From the human T2T-CHM13v2.0 reference genome, Homo sapiens, in NCBI RefSeq assembly GCF_009914755.1, contig NC_060930.1: a stretch of DNA of 64,000 nt, one strand, 5' to 3'. Position numbers and translations under genes: made by a program. Numbering within the stretch: position 1 is the stretch's first letter; every line of letters starts with the position of its first letter. Under the pieces are notes generated by a model, which saw only the letters and a program-made list of their open reading frames with translations, had not been told where the DNA came from and ran no database searches. This document shows, piece by piece, positions 33,837 through 64,000 of the stretch.

Positions 33837-35341
33837 CACAGATGGGATGTACAAAATTAAGTTTGGAAAAGTAAATAGGTATAGATTTGTGTAATATCCT
33901 GAGGAATAAATCATTATATTTTAAATTGTGAGTTAATATATAGGCTGTGTTTAGCTGAGGTTTAAAACTCTTACTTTAAATTTTATTTTAAATATAAAGA
34001 TCCTTCTACATCTTTTCATACAATATTTTGTATATCCAGCGTGATAGAACCCTTTATATTTAACCCTGTTCAAAATAGAAGATCAAAGGTTTGACAGCTC
34101 TTATATGGAGAAGTGAATTACATGCTGTCAGTGTAATTGCAGTACCAGAAAGAATGTAGTAAAACATCCCTGTTGCATTTCAGTGGTGCCACATAAAAGA
34201 CAATGATAACTTAATTCCACTTTGAAATACACTCAGAGACAACTTTCCTTTGTAACCCCATCCTATACTGGGCTCTACCAGGATATGCTTATTTCTCTGT
34301 GTTTTTTATAGTACCATCCAGTAAAGATGCAATGCTGCTGGGTATAGTTCTCTGCTTGTGGGTTCTTCAGATTAAAAGAAAAAAAAGTTTGTTACTTCTT
34401 GATATATTCTGGTTTGGATTCCTTAGTCTTTTCATATAAATGTTGATTATCTAGCCTTCATTCTGCGTTGTGGCACAGAATCCTCTTTGTGTTCTGTCAT
34501 GTACCTAGCCTCCAAAATAAACAATATGCTGAAAGAAAGGAATGATAAAAGATTTGGGGATACAAAAAGAGTCCTTATCTTAATGTAAATTTTATTGAAA
34601 TATAGTACCTATACAGGGAAGGTTACTTCCTCCTTGCCATCACTATTTTTGTACCACATTACCATTTGTCTAGATTGATTATCTTGTTTGTATTCTTCCC
34701 ACATGCTCTCTTATGTGGTTAACCTTCTTGAAACAGCTCTAATAATGTTCCCATCTTGATGTTATTTATTGATTCCTTTGCCTACAGAATAAAATCTAGG
34801 ATTTTGACTAGGGCATTTATGGCCTGGTCTATGATGAGGGTAGTGTATATGTAAAGAAAGGATCAAGAAGACTCAGAGTTTGATGTTTGGCTGTACAGTG
34901 ATGTGGAGGATAAAGCAGGGTTATCAAAGAACTTCGAGATTACTGATAATCATTTCAGTTAAAAAAAATTGTACTATGAAATCTGTTATCTTTTTTTTTT
35001 AATGAGGTAGGGCCAGGGGGTGGGTTTTTCACTATGTTGCCCAGGCTGGACTTGAATTCCTGGGCTCAAGTGATCCTCCTGCCTCAGCCTCCTGAGCAGC
35101 TGAGACTGGCACTGTGCCTAACTGAAATCTGTATCTTTTTAAATCAATATCTGTGCTATTTCCCATTTTGAAAGGAATCTACATGGCTTTATTCCTCTAT
35201 ATAGATTTAGGCTCTTTGGGTTTTGTCATTATTATGTTTTTTTTTTTTTCCTTTTTACTAGCAGGAACAGTATTACGTATTCATGTACTCTGACTCTTTT
35301 CCCATGCCTCTTTTTTTTTTTTAGACAGTGTCTTGCTCTAA

Positions 35342-35518
<177 letters not shown>

Positions 35519-35763
35519 TGATCTTGAACTTCTGGGCTCAAGTGATCCTCCTGTCTTGGCCTCCCAGTGTGCTAGGATTACAGGTGTGAGCCACTGCTCC
35601 CAGCCCCTTTGCCCGTTTTGTTTCTAATTATTCTGTGCCACTTGCAAGATTTTCTCGAGAATCTTTCCCAATTCCAACTAAAAAAATCTCCCACTGATTG
35701 TTAAATTTAAGTTTAATTGGAATGATTGTTCATGACTTGTAAATTTGCCCACTTCCTTTTTAG

Positions 35764-35844
35764 GAAGGACCATCGAGACCTGTTCTTGAATACATCGATC
35801 TGGTCTGTGGTGATGATGAAAACCCTAGCGCCTATTATAGTGAT
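35764..35844 (+). CDS. KIAA1586: KIAA1586 coding exon 3 ([27 protein letters not shown]; PxRP and SIM2)
   Basis: cctttttag acceptor; gtaagc donor; 81 nt, phase 0-0. Confidence 0.93.
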
Positions 35845-35884
35845 GTAAGCACATTATATTTGTGTTTGTTCAGTTTTCTTATTA

Positions 35885-39966
<4,082 letters not shown>

Positions 39967-40185
39967 TTTAAAAGGCGTTCTTTAAGAAGATAATCTTGAA
40001 GATTGGTTTTAGAAGCTATAGTTTTTTAGAGATTGGCCCATGTTTGCTAGAGTGGGTCATAATACATATTCCATGAAGTTCTGTACAGAACAAACACCGT
40101 TTATAATTTTGTACTGTTTTACTTTAAGTAAGGATGCAAAAAATAGCAGGACTCAGCTAAGTTCTAAGCCCTGGAGGTTATATTA

Positions 40186-40207
40186 AATAAAAGAGAAATG
40201 GAATAAA
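40186..40207 (+). terminator. KIAA1586: KIAA1586 polyadenylation signals
   Basis: AATAAA at 40186 and 40202 followed by a T/GT-rich tract. Confidence 0.7.
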
Positions 40208-40248
40208 AACTGTAAGCCTTTTGGCTCTTGTCTTTCTCATTTCCATAT

Positions 40249-44654
<4,406 letters not shown>

Positions 44655-45786
44655 TTACTCTCAAAACCAAGTTTCATCAATCTAGACCTTACTGTTGACT
44701 TCAGGATCCATAGTCAACTGTCTTTTTCATCAGTTTCACATTGTTGTTCCGTAGGCATTTTAAACTGAATAGGTCCAAAGCTGAATTTATTCATCTCTCA
44801 TCATATCTGTTTTGAAAAATGGCCCAACCATTTCCCTTGATGCTCAAACTAGAAAGGTAGAAGATATTTGAAACCTTTTCTTCATCCACCTTGCCCTGTC
44901 TCTTTCACCTCTCCTACTGTAGTTATTTTGGTTCAAGTCATTATTTTTCTTGCTTAGAGTAATATAATAACTTTCTAACAAGTCTCTCTGCCTTCATTCT
45001 TGCCCCTTGTTAATACTAATATATCCTTCATACTAAGGATTGACTATTCTAAAGTTTACATTTATTTTTAGATAACTTTTATTAGGAAGACATTCAGACA
45101 ACAAGAAAGTCAAATCACTTAAACAGATTTATAATCTTGTATAGCAAATCTAGAGATGGCTACAGTCTTTGCTTGAGTAGCTCAATAGTGTCATTGTTGT
45201 GTTATCTGGGGTGGTTTTGGTCTTTCCCTCATAATTGCCGGATGCCTGGCACAGTTTTAGGGATGCTCGATTTAAGACAACATGGCAAGACCTGGATCAA
45301 GCCCTGTGTATTCGTCAGAAAGTCAAAAGCTTTGCCAGAAGCTTTTCCAAGCAGACTTATATTTCACTGGCCAGAACTGTGTCAGCATGGCCATACTCAC
45401 TGCAAGGGAATGTTGGGATGTGAGCTTTTACCTTTCATAGCTTCTGTATTAGAAGTAGGCAAGGGAGAAAGAATTGGGAATGGGTGGTTGGTTAGCTGGT
45501 CTATGAAGTCTAACATATTTCTTCTCTACTGAAAAGCTTTTACTGGCTCCCCACTTTGTTCAGGATAGTTTAAGGTTATAATGAGTCTGTGCCCTCCGTC
45601 TGTTGCTGAGGTCAAGGTAGCTGCCACTGGCCTGGTTATGAAAGGGCAATTTAAAGATGATCTAATAGGGTCTCTTTGTTTTGTAGGTAATAAAACTGAC
45701 ATTTCAAGAGGTTTAGTCAATTGCCAGGGTCACAATTAACCAAAATTATGAACAGATAACCAAAATTGTTATTGAATGGGAACTGA

Positions 45787-52708
<6,922 letters not shown>

Positions 52709-53829
52709 CTGAAGATTTTGATTGGAATTATACTTAAGTAATTTTCAAATCTGGGGAGAAGTTATATCTTTACAAAACTTATTTTTTCAATCCAATAACA
52801 AGGTCAGCTTAACATATACTTTTTCTTTCTCCTTAGTAAATATTTGCATTTTTCAGGTAGGCCCTACACACTTACTAATTTAATTTCTGTGTATTTTATA
52901 TGTTCTTATTTTACATGTTGCTATTATAAATGGGACATTATTTTATTTTTATAGTTGACTATTGCTATATAGAAAACATATATTTATGTATTCCTTTTTA
53001 AGTGTCCAAATTACTTTTTTTGATTCAAGTGGGTTTTCTGGGTAGAGGAAAAAGTTTCTCTTTCAAATAATGATCATTTTACCTCCTCTAACATTTATGA
53101 CTAGTATTCTTTTTCTTATCTGATAGCATTGCTTATGACTTCAGAAATAATAGTAGTGGTTACAAATATGTTTATTTTATCCTTCACTTGAATAGGAATG
53201 TCTTTAGGATTGTTATGACTGATATTTGTTGGCTGCACATAGACATTCTTTAAACAAGTGTCCCACTGACTTGTGTTTTGCTTTTGCTGCTTTAAGCTAG
53301 AATGTCCCAGGTAGTACACACACAATCTCTCTCACACACACGCAACTCTCATAATACACTCATGAAAAGAAAAGAGTTCTTTGAGATTCTAATATGTGGG
53401 ACCTTTGTGGTAGATAATCAGGCTCTATCCTCAGAGGAAAAAAAATTGAACATTTTGATTTGAAAGTGGCAGGATCCAGAGGCAAAAAGAAGAGGAAAGG
53501 AAAAGAAAGAGATTCTGGATCTTTGGAATTATGTGACACACATTCCTGGTACCACTTCCAGGTTCATTTGCTTTCTACATGATTCCATTTTATGATCACA
53601 GTGAAGACTGTAAGCCATGATTTAAAAAAAATCTACTTGGCATTATTTTATTCTATTAGTACGAATCAAGCTGAACTCGTGAACAGTGATTGCTGTATCA
53701 TAAGTTCAAAAGTTACTGAATAGGTGGGACTGTTTTCTCCTATACCAAACAGTCCTGACTGTATTACTTCTTAGGTTCTTTAATCTATGTTTTAAATAAT
53801 GTTTTCTCCCCTTCCTCTACATTCTGGTA

Positions 53830-54864
53830 ACACCAAATGCCGGCAAGGATGTGGAGAGATTTGATCATTCATACATTGCTGGCAGGAATGTAAAATGGTG
53901 CAGCAACTTTGGAAAACAGTTTGGCAGTTTCTTTAAAAAGTAAACATGTTAAACCCTATGACCCAGGAATTGCAGTCTTGGGTATTTCTCCCAGAGAAAT
54001 GAAATCTTATGCTCACAGAAAAACCTGTACATGAAAGTTCATAGCAGCTTTGTAATAGTTAAAATCGGGAAACAACCTAGATGTCCTTCAACATGTAAAT
54101 AGTTAAACTGTGGTACATCCATACCATGGAATGATGCTCAGCAATTAAAAAAAAAAAAACTATTGTTACATGAAATAACCTGGAAGAATCTCCAGAAAAT
54201 TATTCTGAGTGAAAAAAGCCATCCCCAAAAGGTTACATACTGTATTATTTCAGTTATCTAATGTGAGAAACAGGCTCACCCATCCAAACCCAAAGAATGG
54301 ACTCAGAGGCACAGAGAACAGTGAAAGTGAGACTTTTAAAAGTGGTCTTGCAAGATTGGATGTCTGGTAGGCAGGCATACTCGGGGCAGCTTCAGCATGT
54401 AATTTATCTCCTAGCCTGCAAGTCCCTCCCCTAGTTCCTCATTGATCAAGTACTATGGGGTTACAATCTGCCCAGTCACCTAAGTTTCATTATCCACCTT
54501 ATAAGTTTATACCCTTGTCCCCTTCCCTGCTTAAGTTTCGATTTCACGGTAACGAAACTTTCTTCCCTTTGATGGGCTGACCCTTCCTCTACATTCTGTT
54601 CACTTATCATGACTTTCTAGGAGCATGAGCCGTGCAGTTTGTTACATCCTCAGGCTGGCTGCCAGTGCGTAGATTTATCATGCCTTGAAAATGGACCATT
54701 TAAGATGTTTTCTCACGTATAACATTATTGAAATGACAAAAATAATAGTAATGGAAAACTCATTAGTGCTAGGTAATAAGGAGGAAGCAGGGCTGGGAGA
54801 GAAGTTATGGCTATAAAAGGACAACAGAAGAGATCCTTCTGGTGATAGAAACATTCTGTATCTT
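53830..54864 (+). mobile_element. L1MC-type 3' end, interrupted by LTR15 and the HML-5 provirus; resumes at 59761 to ~59850
   Basis: 'ggcaggaatgtaaaatggtgcagcaactttggaaaacagtttggcagtttc' L1M 3' motif; continuity 'ttctgtatctt|gactgt' across the provirus. Confidence 0.8.
54262..54717 (-). mobile_element. LTR15-like (ERV1) solo LTR
   Basis: Inverted termini tgtgagaaa...tttctcac; near-TSD tctaa/tataa; reverse complement begins like recalled LTR15 (aaatggtccattttcaaggcatgataaatc). Confidence 0.7.
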
Positions 54865-55338
54865 TGTAGGAGATCGGTCAGGGTGGTGGGAAAAGTTACA
54901 AAAATTATAGGAAAAATGCAAAACTTCTTGGAAGGCCAGGAGTTTTTGCAAAAGCTTCGAAAGAAAATTTGGCTGAAGGCAGCTGAATTCTCTCAGGGTA
55001 GACAACAAGAAAGTGTAAGAGAGTTTATCTAGATAAGTTAGTTTACTTAGGCCTGGAACCTGGCGTTTAATCATCGGCATGCAGGACTGCTCTCTCCATG
55101 GGGGGGGAGGGGCGGGGTGACCATGTTAATTACCCCAAGTTGTGTTGACTCAAAGCCTTTGTCATTAAATCTGTACTAAATGCCCACAGCGCAGGCTTGT
55201 TGGGGCTGCTGTGACTGTTTATGGCACCCTCCTTGGTGTCTATGAGCAGCCTAGTCCGCTAGCTGCGGGCCCAGGCAAAAAACCTGTGTCTGCGTACATT
55301 TTTTCATCTGTAGTTCGGCCAGGGTCAGACCCAGCAGG

Positions 55339-55356
55339 TGGTGCCCCTTGTGAGGA
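55339..55356 (+). promoter_or_regulatory. Primer binding site complementary to tRNA-Met
   Basis: tggtgccccttgtgagga vs recalled complement of the tRNA-Met 3' end tggtgccccgtgtgagga (1 mismatch). Confidence 0.8.
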
Positions 55357-56119
55357 ACACTGCCACAGATTGCAATGGAACCCTCGAAAATGAAGGTGAA
55401 GAGACAGCGCGGTCAGAAAGTCACAAAGTCATTGATGCCCTCTCAGGATTTCGAAGTTTGAGGGAATTGTTCAGGCCAGGGTTTCATCAGGGGACAATAG
55501 TCATCAGTTCAACAGCAACACTATATCAAAGTATTGAAACAGCTGCTTAAAGCTAGTGGAGCCTCAGTTTTGCAGGCTCAATTAAGGGACCTAATGCAAA
55601 CTGTTGTTTCCCATAACCCATGGTTCCCGGAAGAAGTTACGCTAGATGTAGAGCTCTGGGAATGAGAGGGGAGAAATCTTAAACATCATGCACAAGGGCA
55701 GTGGGTCCCAGTAACATCTCTAACATTATGGGCTTTAGTTATGGCTACTTTGGTCCCACTCTACACAGAAGAGCCTAAAAAGGGAAGGAAGGAGGAACCA
55801 TCACCTACCTTACCGCCTCCTTCTCCCTCAGCCCCGCCATTAATGGGCAGAAATACCAAAGAGGAGACAGTTTTTTCCTGAGCCCCCTCCTCCAATAAAT
55901 AGGAAAAAAAGACAAGGGATACGCTACAGCTATGGGACCCTGTCTTAGGCAAGCGGCATTAGAAGGGGAGCTCTTAGCCTACCCGGTAATGCAAGATCAA
56001 CAAGGCAATCAGGTGTATGAACCCATTACTTTTGACGCTTATAAAGAGATAAGAAAAAGCATTAGAAAAAACGGAGCCACTAGCCCATTTACGAAAGGGT
56101 TAATTGAGGTCACTCTGCA

Positions 56120-58700
56120 GACCTCTTTCTAATAATGGCCACTGTTATTCCTCCCCTACCCCTAATGTGGCTCTCTCAAAATCCTATTTGGGTAGAACAG
56201 TAGCCTTTAAAGGGAGAGAAATTACAAAGAGCTCATTAATTAGTTGAGGAGCAATTAAAAGCCGGCCATATAGAACCATCAAATAGCCCTTGGAAATCGC
56301 CCATTTTCATCATTCCCAAAAGGTCTGGTAAATGGAGACTTTTTGCATGACTTACAGGCTATCATGCTAATTTGCAACCTATGGAGCCCCTTCAACAGGG
56401 CCTCCCTTCCCCTGCAGCGATTCCTCAAGATTAGCCTATAGTCGTTATTGACTTAAAAGACTGCTTTTATACTATTACCCTTGCAGAACAGGACAGAGAC
56501 AAATTTGCATTTACAATACCAGCTATCAATAATGAAAGGCCAGCTTGCCAATTTCATTGGAAAGTACTTCCTCAAAGAATGCTGAACAGTTCTACCATGT
56601 GTCAGTATCATGTGAATCAGGCTTTGCTCCCCATTAGAAAAGAATTTCCTAGTTGCAAGAGTATTCTTTTATGGATGATATTTTACTAGCAGCCCCAACG
56701 GAACAGGTACTTTTAACTTTATATGCCTCTGTCGTAAAGAATACACAGCTAAGAGGTTTAGTCATAGCACCTGAAAAAGTACAAATGTCCTCTCCTTGGA
56801 AATATCTTAGATACATACTAACTTCCCAGTCAGTAAGACCTGAAAAGGTTAAATTAAATACTAGCAACTTACACACCTTAAATGATTATCAAAAATTACT
56901 AGGTGATATTAATTGGCTTCACCCCACCTTGGGCATAACTACTGATAAGTTACAAAACCTGTTTTCTATCCTAAAGGACAACATAGCCCTAGGATCTGTC
57001 AGGTATTTAACTCCTGCAGCAAAAAGGGAAATTAAGGAAATAGAGCAAGCTATTTCTCAGAGGCACATAGATCACATAGACCCAAAATATTCAGTTCAAT
57101 TGTTTGTTTTTCCTACTAAACATTCCCTAACAGTATTAATAGGACAGATGGCCCCAGGGCTGTGCTTCCTAGAATGGGTTTTTTGCTCACATACCGGAAC
57201 TAAAACTCTATCTCCCTATATCCAGCTAGTTAGTAAAGTCATCTATTCTGGCCACAGATGATGCAGTCAGTTGCTAGGTTATGACCGTGATGTCATCAGA
57301 ATTCCTTTGAGTAAAAAACAATTCAAAGCAGTATTGCCCCTATCTCTAGATCTTCAAATAGCACTCTCTGATTACACAGGCCATATAGAGCATGCCCTTC
57401 CTGCTGACAAACTAATTCAGTTCTTATCTCATACTACGGTAGTTGTGCCTACAAAAGTAGTTCACTCCCCCATACCCAATGCTTTTAACACTTTTTACTG
57501 GCAGCTCTGGTAAAAATGGAAAAGCGGCAATTTGGTGGAAACCACATAATTCCCTCACTTGTTCTGGATTTACTAGCACTCAGCTAAGGTTGGAGCCTTA
57601 ATATTGGCCCTGGAAACTTTTTCCACTCAGCCCATCAATACTGTTAGTGACTCTGCTTACTCTGTTTATTTACTGTAGAACCTTGAAACAGCTCTCATTA
57701 AGTCCACTCTTGAGCCCACCCTGTGTGCACTTTTTCTTCAACTTTAACAATCGCTAGGTCAAGTACACATCCTATTTTTATCATACGTATTCGAGCCCAC
57801 AGCTCACTGCCTGGACCATTGGCTCATGGCAGTGAACAAGCAGACCTGCAAGTTATGATGTCACTGCTTGACCAAGACACCCAATCGCATCAATTTTTCC
57901 ACCAAAATTGGAGAAACTTAACTAAACAATTTAAACTTACCCAAAGACTAGCTAAACAAATTATCCTGCAATGCCCAGATTGCCAATTCACAGGCATGTC
58001 CCCTCCTTCAACAGGTGTTAACCCTAGAGGACTAGAACCTAATCAGTTATGGCAAACAGATGTTACTCACATCCCTGAATTTGGAAAACTAAGATAGGTA
58101 CATGTATCCGTGGATACCATTTCTCAGTTAGCATGCATGTTTTTCCTGGAGAGTCCACCCAATGTTATTAAACATCTTCTCTTAACTTTTGCATTTATGG
58201 GGCAGCCCCCAAAAATTAAAACTGATAATGGTCCGGTTTATGCCAGCTCACAATGGTCCGGTTTATGCCAGCTCACAATTTCAACAATTTTATCACATGT
58301 GGACTATCCAACCTTCCACAGGCATCCGTATAACCCCCAAGGACAGGCCATAGTAGAATACGTCCACTCCACCCTTAAAAATATGCTCAGAAAACAAAAA
58401 AGAGGGAATATGAGTAAGGACCCTGCAACACTACTAGCACAAGCCTTATTTACCCTTAATTTCTTAAATTTAAATGATAAATTTCAATCAACTATAGAAA
58501 AGCACTTTTCTAAAACCTCTCAAGACATAAAACCTGCAGTTTTATGGAAAGATGTAAATAGTAATGTATGGTGTGGTCCAAATGAATTGCTAACGTGGAA
58601 GAGGATATGCTTGTGTTCACACCCCCTCAGGTTCTCTTTGGTTTCCAGCAAGATGCATCAAACCTTACCATAGCATGGCTAGGACCCAACCCGGTACCAG
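56120..58700 (+). pseudogene. Decayed HML-5 pol (RT, RNase H, integrase) with stops and frameshifts
   Basis: ORF fragments 56653-57261, 57271-57513, 57723-58097 and 58110-58673 carry RT/RH/IN motifs in changing frames. Confidence 0.9.
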
Positions 58701-59849
58701 AAATAAAGAAAATGGCCCTGCAGGACCCACAGCCCTGGACAATGTGGCTTCCTCAGATGACACAGGCCGACACAGGCCCCAGACGTAATGCTGAAGAAGA
58801 CAAGTCAGAAGACTGAGCGAATCCTGCCCCGGACACAGACACCATTCACTCCAGATAATTTGTTCCTTGCTATGCTTTATTAACCTTTTTTAATTCTCTC
58901 ACTCTGCCTGCAACCAGTACCTGCTACACTCTATTGGGTCCATCTTCTAAATCTGCCTTTCTTCCACCCTGTTACCTGGGCAGACACCCACTTCCCAGCC
59001 TCTAGTAATGTAACTGCTTGGCTGGAAGGGGTTAACATACCCCCAGTGGGGTTCCTTAGTAACGACACACATTGAACTGAGGTGCCAAGTAACACTACAT
59101 GTTACTCCTTCATTGGAAAAGAATGTTGCTGATTATACTCATGTATGTCTTGTTTACTAATTCTAGGATGCAAAGCCAGAAGACAAGCAGTGACCACTAT
59201 GCCTAATAAGCCTGTTGCTGCACACATCTGTACTCTTCATTCAACAAAACATGATGCAAAAAACAGGAAAAGGGGCAGACGTAGGAGATTGGTCAGGGTG
59301 GTGGGAAAAGTTATAAAAATTACAGGAGAACCACAAACTTTCTTGGAAGGCTGGGAGGTTTTGCAAAAGCTTCTAAAGAAAATTTGGCTGAAGGCAGCTT
59401 AATTCTCTCAGGGTAGATAACAAGAAAGTATAAGAGAATTGATCTAGATAATTAGTTTACTTAGGTCTTGGAACCTGGCCTTTAATCATCTGCAGGCAGG
59501 ACTGCTCTCTCAGTGGGGAGGGGGTGACCATGTTAATTACCCACAAGTTGTGTTGACTCAAAGCCTTTGTTATTAAATCTGTACTAAATAAATGCCCGCA
59601 GCGCAGGCTTGTTGGGACTACGACTATATACAGCACCTTCCTCGGTGTCTATGAGCAGCCCGGTCCCCTAGCCGCAGGCCCAATCAAAAAACCTGTGTCT
59701 ACGTACATTTTTTTCATTTGTCACTTGGCCAGGGTCTGTGGGTCAAACCCGGCATATCTTGACTGTAGCACTATCAATGTCCTGGCTAGGATGTGGTACT
59801 ATAGTTTTGTAAGGTGTCACCACTGGGAAAGTGATACATGGAATCTCTA

Positions 59850-64000
<4,151 letters not shown>

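Larger units (their letters stand above)
54865..59754 (+). mobile_element. HERV-K22 / HML-5 provirus, internally deleted: 5'LTR22 54865-55336, partial gag, pol, env remnant, 3'LTR22 59280-59754
   Basis: Two homologous LTRs; perfect 6-bp TSD tatctt (54859-54864, 59755-59760); PBS at 55339-55356; PPT before 59280; betaretroviral pol motifs [50 protein letters not shown]. Confidence 0.93.

Noticed and set aside
33357-33914. 185-aa minus-strand ORF in KIAA1586 intron 2
   Set aside because: Non-ATG start, AT-rich, no recognisable domain; its length is inflated by the 51-bp duplication.

Overview
Human genomic DNA, recognised from recalled protein sequences as the BEND6-KIAA1586 region of 6p12, upstream of ZNF451. 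The + strand carries the last three coding exons and probable 3'UTR exon of BEND6 (184 to ~12390), a processed MRPL30 pseudogene nested in an LTR8 solo LTR (14500-16778), and the complete 4-exon KIAA1586 gene (CpG island ~31400-32200; 787-aa CDS). KIAA1586 joins a ZNF451-type SIM-PxRP-SIM SUMO E3 module to a hAT transposase. The rest is repeats: Alu, L1, Tigger1, a Charlie5-like hAT, MLT1, LTR15 and a deleted HERV-K22/HML-5 provirus. Four observations stand out. (1) KIAA1586 exon 4 still sits inside a whole hAT-Blackjack/MER63-type transposon with both decayed termini and an intact D-D-E triad. (2) The Alus inside the MRPL30 retrocopy carry a strand-specific A-to-G excess that looks like fossilised ADAR editing. 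(3) An old local duplication (11.0-20.3 kb vs 48.8-51.7 kb) contains a decayed unidentified minus-strand ORF and may be the event that created KIAA1586 from ZNF451. (4) There are several locally templated insertions. Repeat family names come from recalled consensus sequences and were not checked by search.
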